Of a stretch of DNA of 64,000 nucleotides, positions 1 through 10,049 are shown one piece after another. The stretch's first letter is position 1. Every line of letters begins with the position of its first letter. Made by a program: the position numbers and the translations under genes. A model generated the notes under the pieces. The model saw only the letters and a program-made list of their open reading frames with translations, did not search any database and was not told the origin of the DNA. The DNA comes from an uncultured Rhizobiaceae bacterium (GTDB lineage Bacteria > Pseudomonadota > Alphaproteobacteria > UBA7879 > VGCX01), in assembly GCA_964350815.1 (NCBI GenBank), contig CAYGKW010000002.1:24447-88446 (forward strand), in the 5' to 3' direction.

Positions 1-456
1 CATCAGTTCAACCTTAAGATCAGGTCTTAAATCCATAATGTGTGCTTGCCTGCGGGCTGACGCTGTTCCAACAACGGCCCCTTTGGGCAACTCCATAAAT
101 CTTAGATTGTCACGTGAAATAAGAACATCACGGGGATCTTCGCGCTTTAGAACGCCAGCCAATTTTACGCCATTTGGAATAATTGTTTCGATATCTTTAA
201 GAGAGTGTACGGCAAAATCAACACGGCCATCCAAAAGGGCGACATCAATTTCTTTTGTAAATAATCCTTTTCCCCCAATGTCAGCCAAGCGAATGTCTTT
301 ATGTATGTCCCCTGAAGTGCTGAGGGGAATAATTTCAAAGGTGTCTTCAGAAAAATGGGGATGCGCCCGTAACAATTCATTTTTGACAAGTTCAGCTTGC
401 CTTAATGCCAAAGGACTTTTACGTGTTCCAATTTTGATTCGCGTTATATGTGTCAT
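1..456 (-). CDS. hemC: Hydroxymethylbilane synthase (porphobilinogen deaminase), 5' part; runs off the window
   Basis: Manual translation from ATG 456: MTHITRIKIGTRKSPLALRQA...GGKGLFTKEID...AVHSLKD...REDPRD...VGTASARR. Not in ORF track; divergent from tsaD. Confidence 0.95.
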   Translation of the reverse strand, partial: MTHITRIKIGTRKSPLALRQAELVKNELLRAHPHFSEDTFEIIPLSTSGDIHKDIRLADIGGKGLFTKEIDVALLDGRVDFAVHSLKDIETIIPNGVKLAGVLKREDPRDVLISRDNLRFMELPKGAVVGTASARRQAHIMDLRPDLKVELM

Positions 457-544
457 TATATGTATAGAGTTTATTATGGTAATATGCTATAGAAACCATA
501 CCAAAAAAGGAAGAAATTACATAGAAGATCTTTAAGGAATTTAG

Positions 545-1570
545 ATGTCAGCAAATAAACCAAAATTGGTTTTAGGAATTGAAACAAGTTGTGATGAAAC
601 AGCAGCTTCAGTTGTATCTGAAGATCGTCAAATTTTGTCTAATGTTGTGTTTTCACAATTTGAAGCTCATAAAAATTTTGGGGGTGTTGTTCCAGAAATT
701 GCTGCGCGATCGCATTTAGAACAAATTGACACAGTTGTAAGGCAAGCCATGTCAAAAGCCAATATTGAATTTTCTGATTTATCTGGTATTGCGGCCACTT
801 GTGGACCCGGACTAATTGGGGGTGTTCTGGTTGGGGCTGTAACGGCCAAAGCCATTGCAGCCTTTTATAAAAAACCTTTTATTGCTGTGAATCACTTAGA
901 AGGGCATGCCTTAACCGTACGCTTAACAAATGATATTCCTTTTCCCTATTTATTATTGTTGGTATCAGGGGGGCACACACAATTACTGTTTGTTAAAGGT
1001 GTTGGAAGTTATACAGAGTTAGGGGGCACCATTGATGACGCAGCTGGTGAAGCCTTTGATAAAGTTGCAAAATTACTAGATTTAGGATACCCAGGGGGGC
1101 CCGCAGTTGAAAAAGCTGCTGAAAAAGGTGACCCTAAAGCCTATAAATTTCCAAGATCATTATGCCAAAAACCAGGGTGTGACTTTTCATTTTCAGGGTT
1201 AAAAACAGCTGTTTTACGTGAAGTTGAAAAGCTAAGCGAAGTAAGTGATCAAAATAAATTTGATATGGCTGCCTCCTTTCAACAAGCAGTTATTGATATT
1301 ATAATAAATCGGTGTGCCAATGCTTTGGATATGCAACCGTCCCCTTATTTAGTTGTTGCTGGGGGTGTTGCTGCAAATAAAGGTATTCGTGAAGGGCTTG
1401 AAAACTTGGCCCTAAAAAAAGGTATAAAATTTGTAGCTCCACCCTTAAATTTATGCACAGATAACGGGGCAATGATTGCCTGGGCAGGGATGGAAAAATT
1501 TTTATTGGGCAAACACGATTCATTAGATTTTTCTCCACGACCAAGGTGGCCTTTATCAAGTCTTTCCTAA
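545..1570 (+). CDS. tsaD: tRNA N6-adenosine threonylcarbamoyltransferase
   Basis: LGIETSCDET, GGVVPEIAARSH, NHLEGH, SGGHT, DDAAGEAFDK, CTDNGAMIA motifs. Confidence 0.97.
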   Translation: MSANKPKLVLGIETSCDETAASVVSEDRQILSNVVFSQFEAHKNFGGVVPEIAARSHLEQIDTVVRQAMSKANIEFSDLSGIAATCGPGLIGGVLVGAVTAKAIAAFYKKPFIAVNHLEGHALTVRLTNDIPFPYLLLLVSGGHTQLLFVKGVGSYTELGGTIDDAAGEAFDKVAKLLDLGYPGGPAVEKAAEKGDPKAYKFPRSLCQKPGCDFSFSGLKTAVLREVEKLSEVSDQNKFDMAASFQQAVIDIIINRCANALDMQPSPYLVVAGGVAANKGIREGLENLALKKGIKFVAPPLNLCTDNGAMIAWAGMEKFLLGKHDSLDFSPRPRWPLSSLS

Positions 1571-1613
1571 AATTAAATTTTTGCGTAATATAAATAAAAA
1601 CAGGGACCAAATT

Positions 1614-3074
1614 GTGAAAAAGTTTTTAATAACTTTATGTTTAGTTTTTTCCATAAAAGCATCAGCCCTAAATACACATCTTAAAGTATTAAGTTTAAGC
1701 GATAATATGTTAGGGGATCCAGGGCTTGGATTTATGCTGCCTGTAATTTTACAGGCCCCAGGGTTGGAAACAATCCAACTAAAGAACGTAGGGATTACAG
1801 ATATTGGAATCCAAATGGCGGCCCCCCACTTGCCAAATGTAAGTGGTCTTCAAAACTTAGACTTAAGTATGAACCTTTTTACAGACATTGGGGCCATTGC
1901 CCTGGGTTTTTATATGCCAAATATTAATGTCAATATAGGCATTGAGGCAGTAAACTTGCAAATTCCGGGTGTTATGGCCCTATTTGAAGGCATTTCTTTA
2001 AACCCGCAAATGCCAGAGTTTGGTATTCCAGACATTCCTTTAGGATTTGATTTTGCAGTGGAATTTGCTGAATTTTTGAAACTAAATCCAGATTTGAAAA
2101 TTATTGATTTGCGGGGCGTTCAAGTAGGGGATTTAGGGTTAAATATCTTAGCACCTGTTATCGCCGCAAATATTGTCTTAACGCATGTCCACATGCCAGA
2201 AAATTTTTTAACAGATGTTTCAATGCCTGCCTTTTTTAGTGCCATGTCTTTTAACACAACAATGGAGATGTTGGATTTAGGCCTAAATGATATAGGGGAT
2301 GTTTCGATGCCTGCTGTGGCCAGCTTTTTAACAATGAATACATCCTTAAAAGATCTTAATTTATCAAATAATTTACGTATTACAGATGCAGGGGCGCTTG
2401 CGCTGGCAGGGGCATTAAAGTTGAATTTAAGTTTAGAAAAATTGGATTTAACGGGTTGTCCAATTGGCCCGATTGGGGTGACGGCACTTTATGAAATTAT
2501 GAAAATGAACCCAAATATTGAAATTTTGGTGGATGGTATGCCTATGGAAATGCCGACCATTCCAGAATTACCAAAACTATCTTTGACAATGCCGCATCTT
2601 GAATTCCCAACCATGAGTTTTCCTTCATTTAGCCTTGGCTCTATAAGCTTCCCTTCATTCAATATGACGCTTCCTGAATTCAGTATGTTTTTGGGAATGT
2701 TGCCCCCTTTTAAAATAGGAACTTTTGACTTTTCAGGGCTACAAGTGCCAGAATTTGCAATTCCAACACTGGCAGATTTCTTGCCTGACTTGAATGTTGA
2801 AACCTTAATGTTGGATAATATGATGTTAACTGACGCAGTTGCCGCCCCTTTGGCTGCAGCACTAAGGGCAAATACAACCGTTAAACGTATTTTTATAAGG
2901 TCTAATTTCCTTACTGACTTAAGTGCGCTGGCCTTTGCAGATTTGTTAAAAGTTAATAATCAAATAGAAGAATTGCATATGGATCGAAATATGTTGACGG
3001 CTATGGGGGCAAAGGCTTTGTCTACGGCTTTTGCAAAAAGCAACCAAGATGCAATTCAGACAACAGAAGGTTAA
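1614..3074 (+). CDS. Secreted RNI/RanGAP-like leucine-rich-repeat protein (candidate effector)
   Basis: GTG 1614 after AGGGA; signal-peptide-like N-terminus KKFLITLCLVFSIKASA; repeated LxxLxLxxNxIxDxGAxALA motifs. Confidence 0.8.
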   Translation: MKKFLITLCLVFSIKASALNTHLKVLSLSDNMLGDPGLGFMLPVILQAPGLETIQLKNVGITDIGIQMAAPHLPNVSGLQNLDLSMNLFTDIGAIALGFYMPNINVNIGIEAVNLQIPGVMALFEGISLNPQMPEFGIPDIPLGFDFAVEFAEFLKLNPDLKIIDLRGVQVGDLGLNILAPVIAANIVLTHVHMPENFLTDVSMPAFFSAMSFNTTMEMLDLGLNDIGDVSMPAVASFLTMNTSLKDLNLSNNLRITDAGALALAGALKLNLSLEKLDLTGCPIGPIGVTALYEIMKMNPNIEILVDGMPMEMPTIPELPKLSLTMPHLEFPTMSFPSFSLGSISFPSFNMTLPEFSMFLGMLPPFKIGTFDFSGLQVPEFAIPTLADFLPDLNVETLMLDNMMLTDAVAAPLAAALRANTTVKRIFIRSNFLTDLSALAFADLLKVNNQIEELHMDRNMLTAMGAKALSTAFAKSNQDAIQTTEG

Positions 3075-3123
3075 TAAAGTTTACCTTAATATTTTTTGCA
3101 GTTATTTAGTTAACTTCATCTGG

Positions 3124-4641
3124 CTAGGCAAGTGGTGGCACGCGGTGTGTGCGTGGACGCCCGTATCTCCTGGGATCTAAACGCCCACCAGCTGAAAGGC
3201 GTCCTGTCCCCAATAATCCGACAGAGGGTACTGAAATCCCTGTCTTTGCTGCTGCTTCTGCCTCTGCAACAACATCATCTGGTAGTGGCGGAAGGGCACG
3301 CGCCCCTTTTCCTGAAGGGACAGAGGGCGGTCGTCGTCGTGGGGCACTTTTTCCTTTTTGTGCGCTTGTTCTGGCAGCGTGTCCTGCTGCTGCGGCTGGC
3401 GCTGATTCATCATGCTTTGTTTCTAATATCCCTTCCCTTAAGAAATCCTCTTCTCCAAAAGAGGCAGTTCTTGGGCGGGGATATCTTCCCCTGACCTCTC
3501 TGGGCGGTGCTTTTCCTTTAGCTGATGCTGCTGCAGCTGATGCTTCTCCCTCATCATCATCATCACTTTCATCGCCAAGTCCCATGCCAGCAAGGGCATC
3601 AGGTCTATAATGATCTTCAGGTCTCGTAGATCTGGGCCTTACAAGGGCAGCTGCCGCAGCTGCTCCTCCGGGCTCTGCTGCACGGGCACGGGCAAGCCGA
3701 CTCCGTAAAGCACGTAATTTTGCATGGGCGCGCCCATCTGCTGGCACGACAAAGGCCTCTTCTTCTGCATCACTTTCTTCATCCGATTCAGAGTCTTCTT
3801 CACTTGGCTTTGTCCACCCTTTTTCTGTAAGTTCTTGAATTATATTGTCCAGGCTTCGTGGAGGGGGTGGGGCCCCAGTCCCGCCGGCACCCACAAGTTT
3901 CCATGGTTCATATCTTTCATCCTCAACAGTCTGTATTTTTTCGGCTTCTTCTATTAAATCAAGTTGGGGTTGAGTTAGGTTGAAAATGGCTTTTTTACGG
4001 ACATAAGCTTGGAATAATAAAGTAAATTCATCATCATCTAGGCCCCCAGTAATTAAATCTGCCCATCTTTCATGAAGGCTAAGAACGCCCACATCCCCTG
4101 TGATTTCAGCCAACCATCCTTTGGCAGCTTCCTCTTCAAAAGTGGATATAAGGACCAGTCTTGCAGGACCCCTGATCGTTCTTAGGTGCGGGTTTACTTC
4201 TTCAAGGGTTTTGACCCAAGTTGTTTGAACTGGGGCCCTAAGGCTTTCAATTTCAAAACGTGTTTTATTAGGTTTTCTTACTTTATAAGGCCTAATATTT
4301 TTTAATAGCCATCTATATATTAAAATTTCTTTTTCTTTTGAAGCAATTTGATTTCTTACTGTTTCCTGTTTCCCGCGTGCATGTTCTATTAACGCTTCTG
4401 CGGATCCTTCACTTTCAAGCCGGGATATGAATGTGTCATGCCTTCTTAAGGCAGCACCAAGATCTATTATATCTGATTTAGATTTTGTGATTATATCAAT
4501 TGGCTCAGTTGGAAGGAAACGTCCTGATTTTCGGCCGTTTGTGCCCATTAACCCGCCTGTTTCGGGATGTGTGGCAGCAGCAGATCCAAATTTTGGATAT
4601 GCTAATAAAAATACAAAAAATGTATGAAGAATTGCTTTCAT
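3124..4641 (-). CDS. Hypothetical secreted protein with low-complexity Ala/acidic/Arg-Pro C-terminal half
   Basis: 505-aa ORF, hydrophobic N-terminus, AAAAA and EEDSESDEE tracts; no recognised domain. Confidence 0.7.
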   Translation of the reverse strand: MKAILHTFFVFLLAYPKFGSAAATHPETGGLMGTNGRKSGRFLPTEPIDIITKSKSDIIDLGAALRRHDTFISRLESEGSAEALIEHARGKQETVRNQIASKEKEILIYRWLLKNIRPYKVRKPNKTRFEIESLRAPVQTTWVKTLEEVNPHLRTIRGPARLVLISTFEEEAAKGWLAEITGDVGVLSLHERWADLITGGLDDDEFTLLFQAYVRKKAIFNLTQPQLDLIEEAEKIQTVEDERYEPWKLVGAGGTGAPPPPRSLDNIIQELTEKGWTKPSEEDSESDEESDAEEEAFVVPADGRAHAKLRALRSRLARARAAEPGGAAAAAALVRPRSTRPEDHYRPDALAGMGLGDESDDDDEGEASAAAASAKGKAPPREVRGRYPRPRTASFGEEDFLREGILETKHDESAPAAAAGHAARTSAQKGKSAPRRRPPSVPSGKGARALPPLPDDVVAEAEAAAKTGISVPSVGLLGTGRLSAGGRLDPRRYGRPRTHRVPPLA

Positions 4642-4683
4642 CTCATCTCACTTAAAAAACAATTAGGGTTAAATTTATTTAAA

Positions 4684-4944
4684 TTAGAATAATCCAGACT
4701 TCCGGAAAGTCAAGAACATCTGCCAAACACTGTTGTCATAATCTTGTGGAATTTCTTTGTTGCCCATCATCCAATCATAAAGATCAGGATCCTCGCACTT
4801 TAAAAGCTTTGAAAAAAGTTCAAGCTGGTCGTCACTCATACGGTCAAGGTAGTTACGGCCAAATTCAGCAAGCAAAAGTTCAATTTCTTTAAACCCTCGA
4901 TTTTTGCATCTGTGTAATAGTTGTTGTCGTTTATATTGTGGCAT
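4684..4944 (-). CDS. sdhE: Succinate dehydrogenase assembly factor (SdhE/SDHAF2)
   Basis: RCKNRGFKEIELLL (RGxxE motif), DPDLYDW; divergent from recG. Confidence 0.9.
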   Translation of the reverse strand: MPQYKRQQLLHRCKNRGFKEIELLLAEFGRNYLDRMSDDQLELFSKLLKCEDPDLYDWMMGNKEIPQDYDNSVWQMFLTFRKSGLF

Positions 4945-5020
4945 ACATATACTTTCCCTGAACTTTTATTTTACAAAATTTTTTTAAAAAGTAAAATATA
5001 CAAAAGTTAAGGCACAAAAT

Positions 5021-7102
5021 ATGCGTCCAGAAATTTTATTTAATGTATTTTCACCTGTTACAAACATATCAGGAATAGGCCCTAAAACTGCGAATTTATT
5101 GGAAAATTTATGTGGTCGCACCTTGCTAGACCTATGTTGGCATCTGCCTGACAGAATTGAACAAAGAACTGTTTATCCCTCTATCCAACAGGTAAATAGT
5201 GACACTTTAGCAACACTTATTGTGCGCGTCGGCACACATTTGCCTCCTAAATCAAAGAAACAGCCTTATAAAATTACGGTTTATGACGATTCAGGCACAA
5301 TGGATTTGGTTTTTTTTCATGCCCATCGAGATTACTTAAAAAAGATGTTACCTGAAGGGCAATCGCGTTTAATTAGTGGCACAATCACCCGCACATCATC
5401 AATGATTCAAATGGTGCACCCTGATCATATTGGGATGCCGCAGGAAGTGGAAACATGGGGGGGTGCCCGCCCTTTATATAGATTAACGGCAGGACTACAC
5501 ACAAAAACTATATCTAAAGCGATAAACACAGCGTTAAATACAATGCCAGCATTGCCAGAATGGTTACCACAAGAATTTATAAAAACCAAAGGGTGGTTAA
5601 GTTGGCGAAAAAGCATTGAAGCAGCCCATCATCCGCAAACAGAACAGGATATTGAATCTACATCTATAACGCGGGAAAGGTTGGCTTTTGATGAATTGCT
5701 GGCCAATCAGTTGACCTTTGCATTATTACGGCGCCATGGCCGCAAGCACGAAGGACGTCCCTTGCAAGGCAGTCAGTTATACACAGACCCAATACGAACA
5801 GCCCTTCCTTTTCAATTAACACAAGGACAAGAAGATGCCTTAAAATCCATTGCACAAGATATGGCGGCATCAAAGCGCATGATACGTTTATTACAAGGGG
5901 ATGTGGGAAGTGGTAAAACGGTTGTTGCTTTATTAGCGATGGCAACAGCTGTTGAGGCTGGGTATCAAGCTGCCTTTTTGGCCCCTACTGAAATTCTTGC
6001 CCAACAGCAATTTCAATCCATAAAAAAAATGACAGCTGGATTGAATTTAAAAGTGGCTTTGTTTACAGGTCAAAATCATGGCGAACAAAGAAAATCTGAT
6101 CTTGCGGCATTGGAAAATGGGGAAATTGATATTGCTGTAGGAACCCACGCATTACTGGAAAAATCAATAAAATTTAAAAACTTGGGGTTTGTTGTCATTG
6201 ATGAACAACACCGTTTTGGTGTGGATCAACGTATGCGATTAATTGACAAAGGTAAAAATGCAGATGTTTTGGTAATGACCGCAACGCCCATACCAAGAAC
6301 CCTTGCATTAACACTTTATGGAGAATTATCGGTATCAAATATTGCTGAAAAGCCAGCCAATAGAAAGCCAATAAAAACAAGTGTGATCCCCCTTAATCGT
6401 GTACAAGAAATTCATGATGCTTTAACCCGCGTTCTTGAAAAAAAAGAAAAAGTATATTGGGTGTGCCCCTTAATTGAAGAATCAGAAAAGTTAGATATTG
6501 GGCATGCTGAGGCACGTTATAAGATTTTAAAGAAAGTATTTAAGGATAAGGTTGCGATACTGCACGGACGCATGAAGAATGATGAAAAAACTGAAATCAT
6601 GGAAAAGTTTAGAACTGGGGATTTTCAGATTTTAGTTGCAACAACCGTCATAGAAGTTGGTGTGGATGTGCCTGAAGCAACCGTCATGGTCATTGAACAT
6701 GCAGAGCGTTTTGGCTTGTCACAGTTGCACCAGTTGCGGGGGCGTGTGGGGCGCAGTCAAAGGGAATCTAGTTGCTTGCTGTTGTACGATACGCCCTTAA
6801 GTGACACAGGTAAAAAAAGGTTGGCCGTTATGCGGGAAACTGAGGATGGATTTAAAATTGCAGAAGCAGATTTAAAAATCAGAGGGAGCGGGGATGTTCT
6901 AGGGACACGTCAAAGCGGACTTCCTGATTTTAAGTTTGTAGATTATGCACATCATTTGCCCATGATTGCCGAGGCCCAACAACTGGCAAACCGTCTTGTT
7001 GAGCTGGATCCTTTTTTAAAAACAGATCAAGGAAAAGCAGCACGCTTATTATTACACCTATTTCAATATACCGAGGCCATTCATTATCTAAACAGTGGAT
7101 GA
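5021..7102 (+). CDS. recG: ATP-dependent DNA helicase RecG
   Basis: LLQGDVGSGKT, DEQHRFG, TATPIPRTL, QLHQLRGRVGR. Confidence 0.97.
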   Translation: MRPEILFNVFSPVTNISGIGPKTANLLENLCGRTLLDLCWHLPDRIEQRTVYPSIQQVNSDTLATLIVRVGTHLPPKSKKQPYKITVYDDSGTMDLVFFHAHRDYLKKMLPEGQSRLISGTITRTSSMIQMVHPDHIGMPQEVETWGGARPLYRLTAGLHTKTISKAINTALNTMPALPEWLPQEFIKTKGWLSWRKSIEAAHHPQTEQDIESTSITRERLAFDELLANQLTFALLRRHGRKHEGRPLQGSQLYTDPIRTALPFQLTQGQEDALKSIAQDMAASKRMIRLLQGDVGSGKTVVALLAMATAVEAGYQAAFLAPTEILAQQQFQSIKKMTAGLNLKVALFTGQNHGEQRKSDLAALENGEIDIAVGTHALLEKSIKFKNLGFVVIDEQHRFGVDQRMRLIDKGKNADVLVMTATPIPRTLALTLYGELSVSNIAEKPANRKPIKTSVIPLNRVQEIHDALTRVLEKKEKVYWVCPLIEESEKLDIGHAEARYKILKKVFKDKVAILHGRMKNDEKTEIMEKFRTGDFQILVATTVIEVGVDVPEATVMVIEHAERFGLSQLHQLRGRVGRSQRESSCLLLYDTPLSDTGKKRLAVMRETEDGFKIAEADLKIRGSGDVLGTRQSGLPDFKFVDYAHHLPMIAEAQQLANRLVELDPFLKTDQGKAARLLLHLFQYTEAIHYLNSG

Positions 7103-7192
7103 TTCCACTTGAAATTTTTTAAATATGCACAGAAAATTGACTTAAAGACTTCTTTCCTGCAAGATAAAAAAAACAATAAATATTAAAAGAAA

Positions 7193-7765
7193 ATGTTTGT
7201 AAATAAAAAGAATATTACTGTCGTTGCCTGCTTGGGTCTGTTGTGCTTAGTGGCGTGGGGTGCAAATCCACAAGTCTTTAAAGAAAATTCCCCAGTGATT
7301 AAAAAATACTTTGGAAAACAACAACCCATGGGACAAGGGTCAGTTACAAAATATTGGTTCACAGTCTATCAGTTGGCTTTGTGGGCAAAAAATAATAAAT
7401 TTAGTTATAATAATTATTTGGCTTTAAGGGCGTGGCAAGAAATTGAAGTTAGCCAAGAAGCCCTTATTAAAGAAACTTTAAAGAAAATTTATGCTTATCA
7501 TCATGTTTCCCCACAGAAATTGGCAAAGTATGAAGGCTATCTTAAGAAAGCATATCCCCAAAAAATCAAACTGAAAGAAACATGGACAGTCGTATTTAAA
7601 CCAAAACAATCCATTGATTTTTATGTAAATGATGACTTTTATGCCTCTTTCAAAGACATGGAATTTGCAGAAAAATTCTTTGATATATGGATGAACCCAA
7701 AAGGTGAATTCAAAGACCTTCGTGAAAAACTTTTAAAAGGTGAAGTAAAAACCCAAATGGCATAA
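7193..7765 (+). CDS. Chalcone-isomerase-like fold secreted protein
   Basis: Signal peptide; GQGSVTKYWFTVYQLALW and EFAEKFFDIW...LREKLL resemble the bacterial CHI-like family. Confidence 0.7.
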   Translation: MFVNKKNITVVACLGLLCLVAWGANPQVFKENSPVIKKYFGKQQPMGQGSVTKYWFTVYQLALWAKNNKFSYNNYLALRAWQEIEVSQEALIKETLKKIYAYHHVSPQKLAKYEGYLKKAYPQKIKLKETWTVVFKPKQSIDFYVNDDFYASFKDMEFAEKFFDIWMNPKGEFKDLREKLLKGEVKTQMA

Positions 7766-7831
7766 CACTTAATAAAGAATTGTTATCCATCCCCAGATCC
7801 TTTACTGTAAAACTTAAATAATAAGGGACCT

Positions 7832-9952
7832 ATGGCTAAAAAATATCTTCTAACATTACTATTACTTTTAGTATCAGCAATCCAAACTTGCGCAAAAGAT
7901 ACAGAAACTGTTTCGCCTTCAATGTATATGGCAAGGCAAATATTGGATTCTGAATCCCCAAGTTATGATTTGGATTTATATACAATTGATACGGCAATAG
8001 AAATTTTCCCTGAATTTGTTAAATCACGCCTTATGGCTTATGTTGCGCCTAATGTTAAAAAGCTTGTTAACCCTGATGCTTTAACAGTTTTGGGTATTAT
8101 CAGGCAGGCTACGTTGGATATGGGATTGCCAGAAGATCTTTATGATGACCTTTCTGAATTATCTGATCCTGAAAAAGCAAAAGAAATAAGAAAAAAAATA
8201 ACAGACCCTACAGTTGCTGACAAAATGGATCGATTTATGATCAAAAGTTACGGATGGAAGGACCTTGAAAAGTATTTCACAGTCATAGATTTTGAAAAAG
8301 ACGCCCCCCAAAAAAACCAAAGTGGTGCTTGGAAAGGTGCCATTATGGTGAAAAATCCCAAAGCAAAACACATTAAAGAATGGGACGTCATGAAAGAAGC
8401 CGTATCCATATATTTGGTTTTTGATACTGCTGAAACAAAAGATAATATAGAAGCATTAAAATCCCGCGATGATATGGAAAAGTTAAAACACTTAAGGTTG
8501 AACGAGGAAAAAGCTTCATATGAACTTTTAAAAGAATTTTACAGAGATATTCCTATAGTCAAGTTAGCTGTTGATTACAGCGTTGAAGCCATGCCTGGAT
8601 ACGTAAAGCGAACAAGTTCTTTGCTGTGGGGATATGAAGATAGCGTCCAATTAGTTAAAGAATACATTAAACAGGGGGCTGATATAAATGAGCGTAATGA
8701 TCAAGGGGAAACCGTTTTAAATCGTGCAGCAGCTGAAGGTAACATAGAGATGTTAAAGGCCTTAATTGAGGCCAATGCAGACCTTTTGCTTCCAAATCGA
8801 GATGGCCTTTCACCCCTTCACCGGGCTGCTGCAAACGGTCATGCAAAAGCAGTACAATTGTTGATAGATGCAGGGGCTTTGGTTGAATCCCAAAATGATA
8901 AAGGGGAAACCCCCTTGATTATGGCTGCAGATCAGGGCCATAGAGATGTTGTGGATGTTTTATTAAAAGCAGGGGCAGACCCTTTTGTAAGTGATATTCA
9001 AAATAAAAATGCGTTACATAAAGCAGCTGAAAAAGGACATGAAGAGGTTGTTAGGGCTTTCCTTTCCAATAAAAAACTTTTAGAGGAAAAAGACGAAAAT
9101 CAAAATACTCCGGTACAGCTGGCTGTAGAAAATAACAAAAATAAAGTTTCTGTCTTGCTTTTCCAAGCAGGGGCAGACCCAGAAACACAAGATGAAAATG
9201 GAAAGACACCCCTGCATAAAGCGGTGAAAGCACAAAATGCACAGATAATACAACTGTTGGTGCAAAGTAAAAAAGGGTTAAATACACAAGATAAAGAAGG
9301 CAATACGCCTTTGCTGGTTTCTGTAATAGAAGGTCTAAGCCCTTTTGCCGAAGGTCTTGTTCAAGCTGGAAGTGATGTAAATCTTAGGAATAAAAAAGGA
9401 AATGCCGCCATTCATATTGCCGCAGAAAAAGGAATGACGAAAACCGTTAAGGCTTTGATGATAGCCAAAGCTTTACTGGATGAACAAAATGAAGAAGGCC
9501 TGACACCATTGCACTATGCGGCCCAAAATGGCCATGCAAAAATTGTAAATTATTTTGTAAGTTCGAAGGCGGATACAAACAAAAAGACCAATAAAGGGGA
9601 AACAGCTTTGTTGCTTGCCGTTGAAAGTAAAAGCGCAAAAACTGTTAAAATACTTTTGCTTGAAGATATTTTAAATGTGCCGGATGAAAAGGGGCGGACA
9701 CCCTTACATGCAGCAATAGAAAAAGATTATCTGAAGATAGGTTTGGCCCTTATTAAGGCAGGGGCGGATCCAGATTTAGAAGATAATAATGAAAAGACAG
9801 CATATGATTATGCAAAAAGTGGCCGTGCCAAAGCAATTCTTGATTTGGGACGCAAGATGAAAAAAGAAAAAAAGCAGAAAGAGGCAGCCAAGAAAAATGC
9901 AAAGGAAGAAGCGGAAATAGAGGAGAAGGCGTCTTCTGAAGCAAAATCTTAA
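7832..9952 (+). CDS. Secreted ankyrin-repeat protein (about 11-12 repeats)
   Basis: Signal peptide; repeated GxTPLHxAAxxGH...LLxxGAD; K/E-rich tail. Confidence 0.9.
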   Translation: MAKKYLLTLLLLLVSAIQTCAKDTETVSPSMYMARQILDSESPSYDLDLYTIDTAIEIFPEFVKSRLMAYVAPNVKKLVNPDALTVLGIIRQATLDMGLPEDLYDDLSELSDPEKAKEIRKKITDPTVADKMDRFMIKSYGWKDLEKYFTVIDFEKDAPQKNQSGAWKGAIMVKNPKAKHIKEWDVMKEAVSIYLVFDTAETKDNIEALKSRDDMEKLKHLRLNEEKASYELLKEFYRDIPIVKLAVDYSVEAMPGYVKRTSSLLWGYEDSVQLVKEYIKQGADINERNDQGETVLNRAAAEGNIEMLKALIEANADLLLPNRDGLSPLHRAAANGHAKAVQLLIDAGALVESQNDKGETPLIMAADQGHRDVVDVLLKAGADPFVSDIQNKNALHKAAEKGHEEVVRAFLSNKKLLEEKDENQNTPVQLAVENNKNKVSVLLFQAGADPETQDENGKTPLHKAVKAQNAQIIQLLVQSKKGLNTQDKEGNTPLLVSVIEGLSPFAEGLVQAGSDVNLRNKKGNAAIHIAAEKGMTKTVKALMIAKALLDEQNEEGLTPLHYAAQNGHAKIVNYFVSSKADTNKKTNKGETALLLAVESKSAKTVKILLLEDILNVPDEKGRTPLHAAIEKDYLKIGLALIKAGADPDLEDNNEKTAYDYAKSGRAKAILDLGRKMKKEKKQKEAAKKNAKEEAEIEEKASSEAKS

Positions 9953-10049
9953 CCAGGGTTGCTCTGAAAATAAACACCAGATTCTGATGAATTTGATAGC
10001 TATTGCATTTTAAAATATAAAAATATACAGTTAAATAAACAACAAATTA

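Noticed and set aside
38-535. 165-aa + strand ORF and 74-aa - strand ORF
   Set aside because: Shadows of hemC, which lies in another - strand frame and runs off the window
3132-3610. Overlapping + strand ORFs (120 and 153 aa)
   Set aside because: Antisense shadows of the GC-rich low-complexity half of the 3124-4641 gene
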